DNA from: Chitinophagales bacterium
GTDB taxonomy: Bacteria > Bacteroidota > Bacteroidia > Chitinophagales > LD1
Direction: 5' to 3'
Assembly (NCBI GenBank): GCA_033578915.1
Contig: JAVQWQ010000002.1
Span: 1-39,052 of the forward strand
DNA: 39,052 nt
A model generated the notes under the pieces. That model searched no databases and was not told the origin of the DNA. It saw nothing but the letters and a program-made list of their open reading frames with translations. Position numbers and translations under genes: made by a program. Each line of letters opens with the position of its first letter. Position 1 is the stretch's first letter. Positions 36,873 through 39,052 of the stretch are shown here, one piece after another.

Positions 36873-39052
36873 ATGAATAAATTATTCTTCATAATAGCTC
36901 TAAATTTCATTTGCATATATCTCTCATTTGGGTTTTCAGACTCTCTTCCCCCAAAAAAATTGGGAGATGTTGAAATTGTCGAGTTATACACGGGCCATCG
37001 TAAAAAAAATAATCAGATAGAAAACCAAATAATTTTTGCTGGAAAGAAAAATGAACTTATTCTTTTAAAAAACAATACGTTAAATACAGTTGATAACAGC
37101 GCTCGACAGATTTTTTCAAAAGTTCCAGGAATTTCCGTTTGGGAGAACGATGGCTCCGGAGTGCAGGTAAATATTGCTTCCAGGGGATTAAGCCCCAACA
37201 GAAGCTGGGAATTTAATATCCGACAAAACGGATATGATATCTCATCAGACCCTTACGGATACCCTGAAGCGTATTTTAATCCTCCGATGGAGGCTGTTTC
37301 AAAGATTCAGATTCTTCGCGGTGCGGCTGCGGTACAGTTTGGGTCTCAGTTTGGCGGGTTGGTAAATTATATTGTACATGAACCTCCAACTGATAAAACA
37401 TTTGATTTTAATACTCGCCAAACTCTTGGAAGTTTCAATATGATAAATTCATACAATCAAATCGGGGGCACCATAGACAAATTTTCTTATATTGGATATT
37501 ATAATTACAAAAACGCTGATGGATTCAGGTCAAACAGCGGTTATAACATTCATAATGGTTATTTAAGGTTAGGTTACACTTTAAATAAAAATCTTAAGAT
37601 TAATGTAGAGGCCTCAGCTTTAAAATACATCCTTCAACAAGCCGGTGGGTTGACAGACAATCAATTTTCAAGTAATATTAAACAAAGCAACAGAAGCAGG
37701 AATTGGTTCAATATCAACTGGTTTGTACCTAATTTTAATTTGAATTATTCTAAAGGCAGGCATCAGTTTGACCTTAAAATATTTGGATTAGTTGGCGAAA
37801 GAAACAGTATAGGATATGTAAGAGCTATCAATGTACCTGATACGATAAATAATCAAACCGGAGCGTATAACCATCGGCAAATTGACCGTGATTACTACAA
37901 AAATATTGGCTCAGAAGGGCGATATCTATTTAATTACAATATTTCAGGTTTTCAGCAAAATATTGCAATAGGCGCGCGCTACTTTTACGGTACAACCAGG
38001 CGCGCTCAAAACGGAAAAGGTGATACGCAAAGCGATTTCAACCTAAACTTGCAAGACTCTCTTTTTGGGAGAGATTTAAAGTTTGTCTCACAAAATATTG
38101 CTCTGTTTGGGGAGCATGTCTTCAGGTTTAAAAACCTTTCTATAATTCCCGGAATTAGGCTTGAAGTACTCCAAAACACATCTGAGGGATACCTGTCAAG
38201 AAACACTACGACCGGCGAATTGAATTATATCAATCCTCAAAGGAGATGGAGGGTTTTCCCGCTTGCCGCACTTGGGTTAGAATACACAATAGCCCGTTCA
38301 ACCGAAATTTACGCAAATGCTTCACAGGCATATCGCCCGGTGCTTTTTAGTGATTTAACTCCTTCAGCAACCACAGACAGTATTTCAAAGGATTTAAAAG
38401 ATGCCAACGGTTTCAATTTTGACCTTGGATACAGAGGAAATATTTCAAACTGGTTTGATTTTGACATATCAGGCTTTTATATCATTTATAAAGACAGAAT
38501 TGGAACTATTGCAGAAAAAAATGAGAGCGGCAGCATCTATCAATTGAGGAAAAATCTTGGCGTGGCACATCACAGAGGAATAGAAGCTTATATCGGCTTC
38601 GATCCTATCAGGCTAAGCGGCCAGGCTTCAAAACTGGGAAGCATTAAGCTATGGACTTCTATTGCCTACATAAATGCCATCTATGTAGATTTTCCGATAA
38701 CCAAAATTGAATCAGGCAACATTGTGGTTGACAATCTCAAAAATAAAAGAGTGGAAAACGCTCCGGAATTCATTGCAAGAGCAGGTGTTATTCTTAATTA
38801 CAAGTCGTTTGAGCTGAATTTTTTATTTAATTATGTAAGCGGAACTTATGCCGATGCTACCAACACAAAAGAACCGAATAGCAGTGCTACTATAGGTTTT
38901 ATTCCGGCTTACAACGTCATGGATTTAAATTTTTCATATAGATTCATGAATGACAGGCTTTTGGTAAAAGGCGGAATTACAAATCTTACCAATAGACGCT
39001 ATTTTACAAGGAGAGCGGGAGGTTATCCCGGCCCTGGAGTCTTGCCTGCTGA
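36873..39052 (+). CDS. TonB-dependent receptor, FecA/siderophore-like (3' end cut by window edge)
   Basis: Frame +3 is open from ATG 36873 to the window end, so it is absent from the stop-bounded ORF track. Signal peptide, then a plug domain QIFSKVPGISVWENDGSGVQVNIASRGLSPNRSWEFNIRQNGYDISSDPYGYPEAYFNPPMEAVSKIQILRGAAAVQFGSQFGG, and near the end the barrel sequence YFTRRAGGYPGPGVLPA. Confidence 0.88.
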   Translation, partial: MNKLFFIIALNFICIYLSFGFSDSLPPKKLGDVEIVELYTGHRKKNNQIENQIIFAGKKNELILLKNNTLNTVDNSARQIFSKVPGISVWENDGSGVQVNIASRGLSPNRSWEFNIRQNGYDISSDPYGYPEAYFNPPMEAVSKIQILRGAAAVQFGSQFGGLVNYIVHEPPTDKTFDFNTRQTLGSFNMINSYNQIGGTIDKFSYIGYYNYKNADGFRSNSGYNIHNGYLRLGYTLNKNLKINVEASALKYILQQAGGLTDNQFSSNIKQSNRSRNWFNINWFVPNFNLNYSKGRHQFDLKIFGLVGERNSIGYVRAINVPDTINNQTGAYNHRQIDRDYYKNIGSEGRYLFNYNISGFQQNIAIGARYFYGTTRRAQNGKGDTQSDFNLNLQDSLFGRDLKFVSQNIALFGEHVFRFKNLSIIPGIRLEVLQNTSEGYLSRNTTTGELNYINPQRRWRVFPLAALGLEYTIARSTEIYANASQAYRPVLFSDLTPSATTDSISKDLKDANGFNFDLGYRGNISNWFDFDISGFYIIYKDRIGTIAEKNESGSIYQLRKNLGVAHHRGIEAYIGFDPIRLSGQASKLGSIKLWTSIAYINAIYVDFPITKIESGNIVVDNLKNKRVENAPEFIARAGVILNYKSFELNFLFNYVSGTYADATNTKEPNSSATIGFIPAYNVMDLNFSYRFMNDRLLVKGGITNLTNRRYFTRRAGGYPGPGVLPA

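Overview
The window is 39 kb of a low-GC, densely coding chromosome, almost certainly Bacteroidota. Supporting signs are porQ, a cargo protein with a type IX secretion system (T9SS) C-terminal sorting domain, a DUF1599/BT_3928-type gene pair, TAnnTTTG -7 promoter boxes and no Shine-Dalgarno signals. I support about 34 CDS. Both edges cut genes: argS at the 5' end and a FecA-like TonB-dependent receptor at the 3' end. Most content is housekeeping: argS, rpsT, rpsA, topA, tsaE, alaS, eno, pyk, rluB, a Cys/Met PLP enzyme and a Gfo/Idh/MocA oxidoreductase. There is also an ECF-sigma-crtI-crtB-crtY carotenoid operon and a more accessory stretch at 24-33 kb. That stretch holds a TPR protein, a conserved hypothetical, a T9SS cargo, a photolyase-like flavoprotein, an outer-membrane barrel, a TlpA-like thioredoxin and an orphan response regulator. 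By eye I saw no rRNA, tRNA, CRISPR array, transposase, integrase or recognisable defence or toxin genes. I do not find a convincing self-contained novel multi-gene system. The observations most worth a second look are: (1) a photolyase/cryptochrome-family protein whose two domains appear circularly permuted, wedged tightly between an outer-membrane barrel gene and a T9SS cargo gene; (2) an 8-nt motif, TGTTTAAC, repeated three times at 64-65 bp spacing in the long intergenic region upstream of the ECF-sigma/crt operon; (3) a DoxX/BT_3928-type gene whose N-terminus is broken by homopolymer-associated frame changes; (4) an isolated CcmE with the Cys-type CXXXY haem motif; (5) a small protein with a UvrD/PcrA-CTD-like N-terminal motif. 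All product calls rest on motif recognition by eye, and no searches were run.
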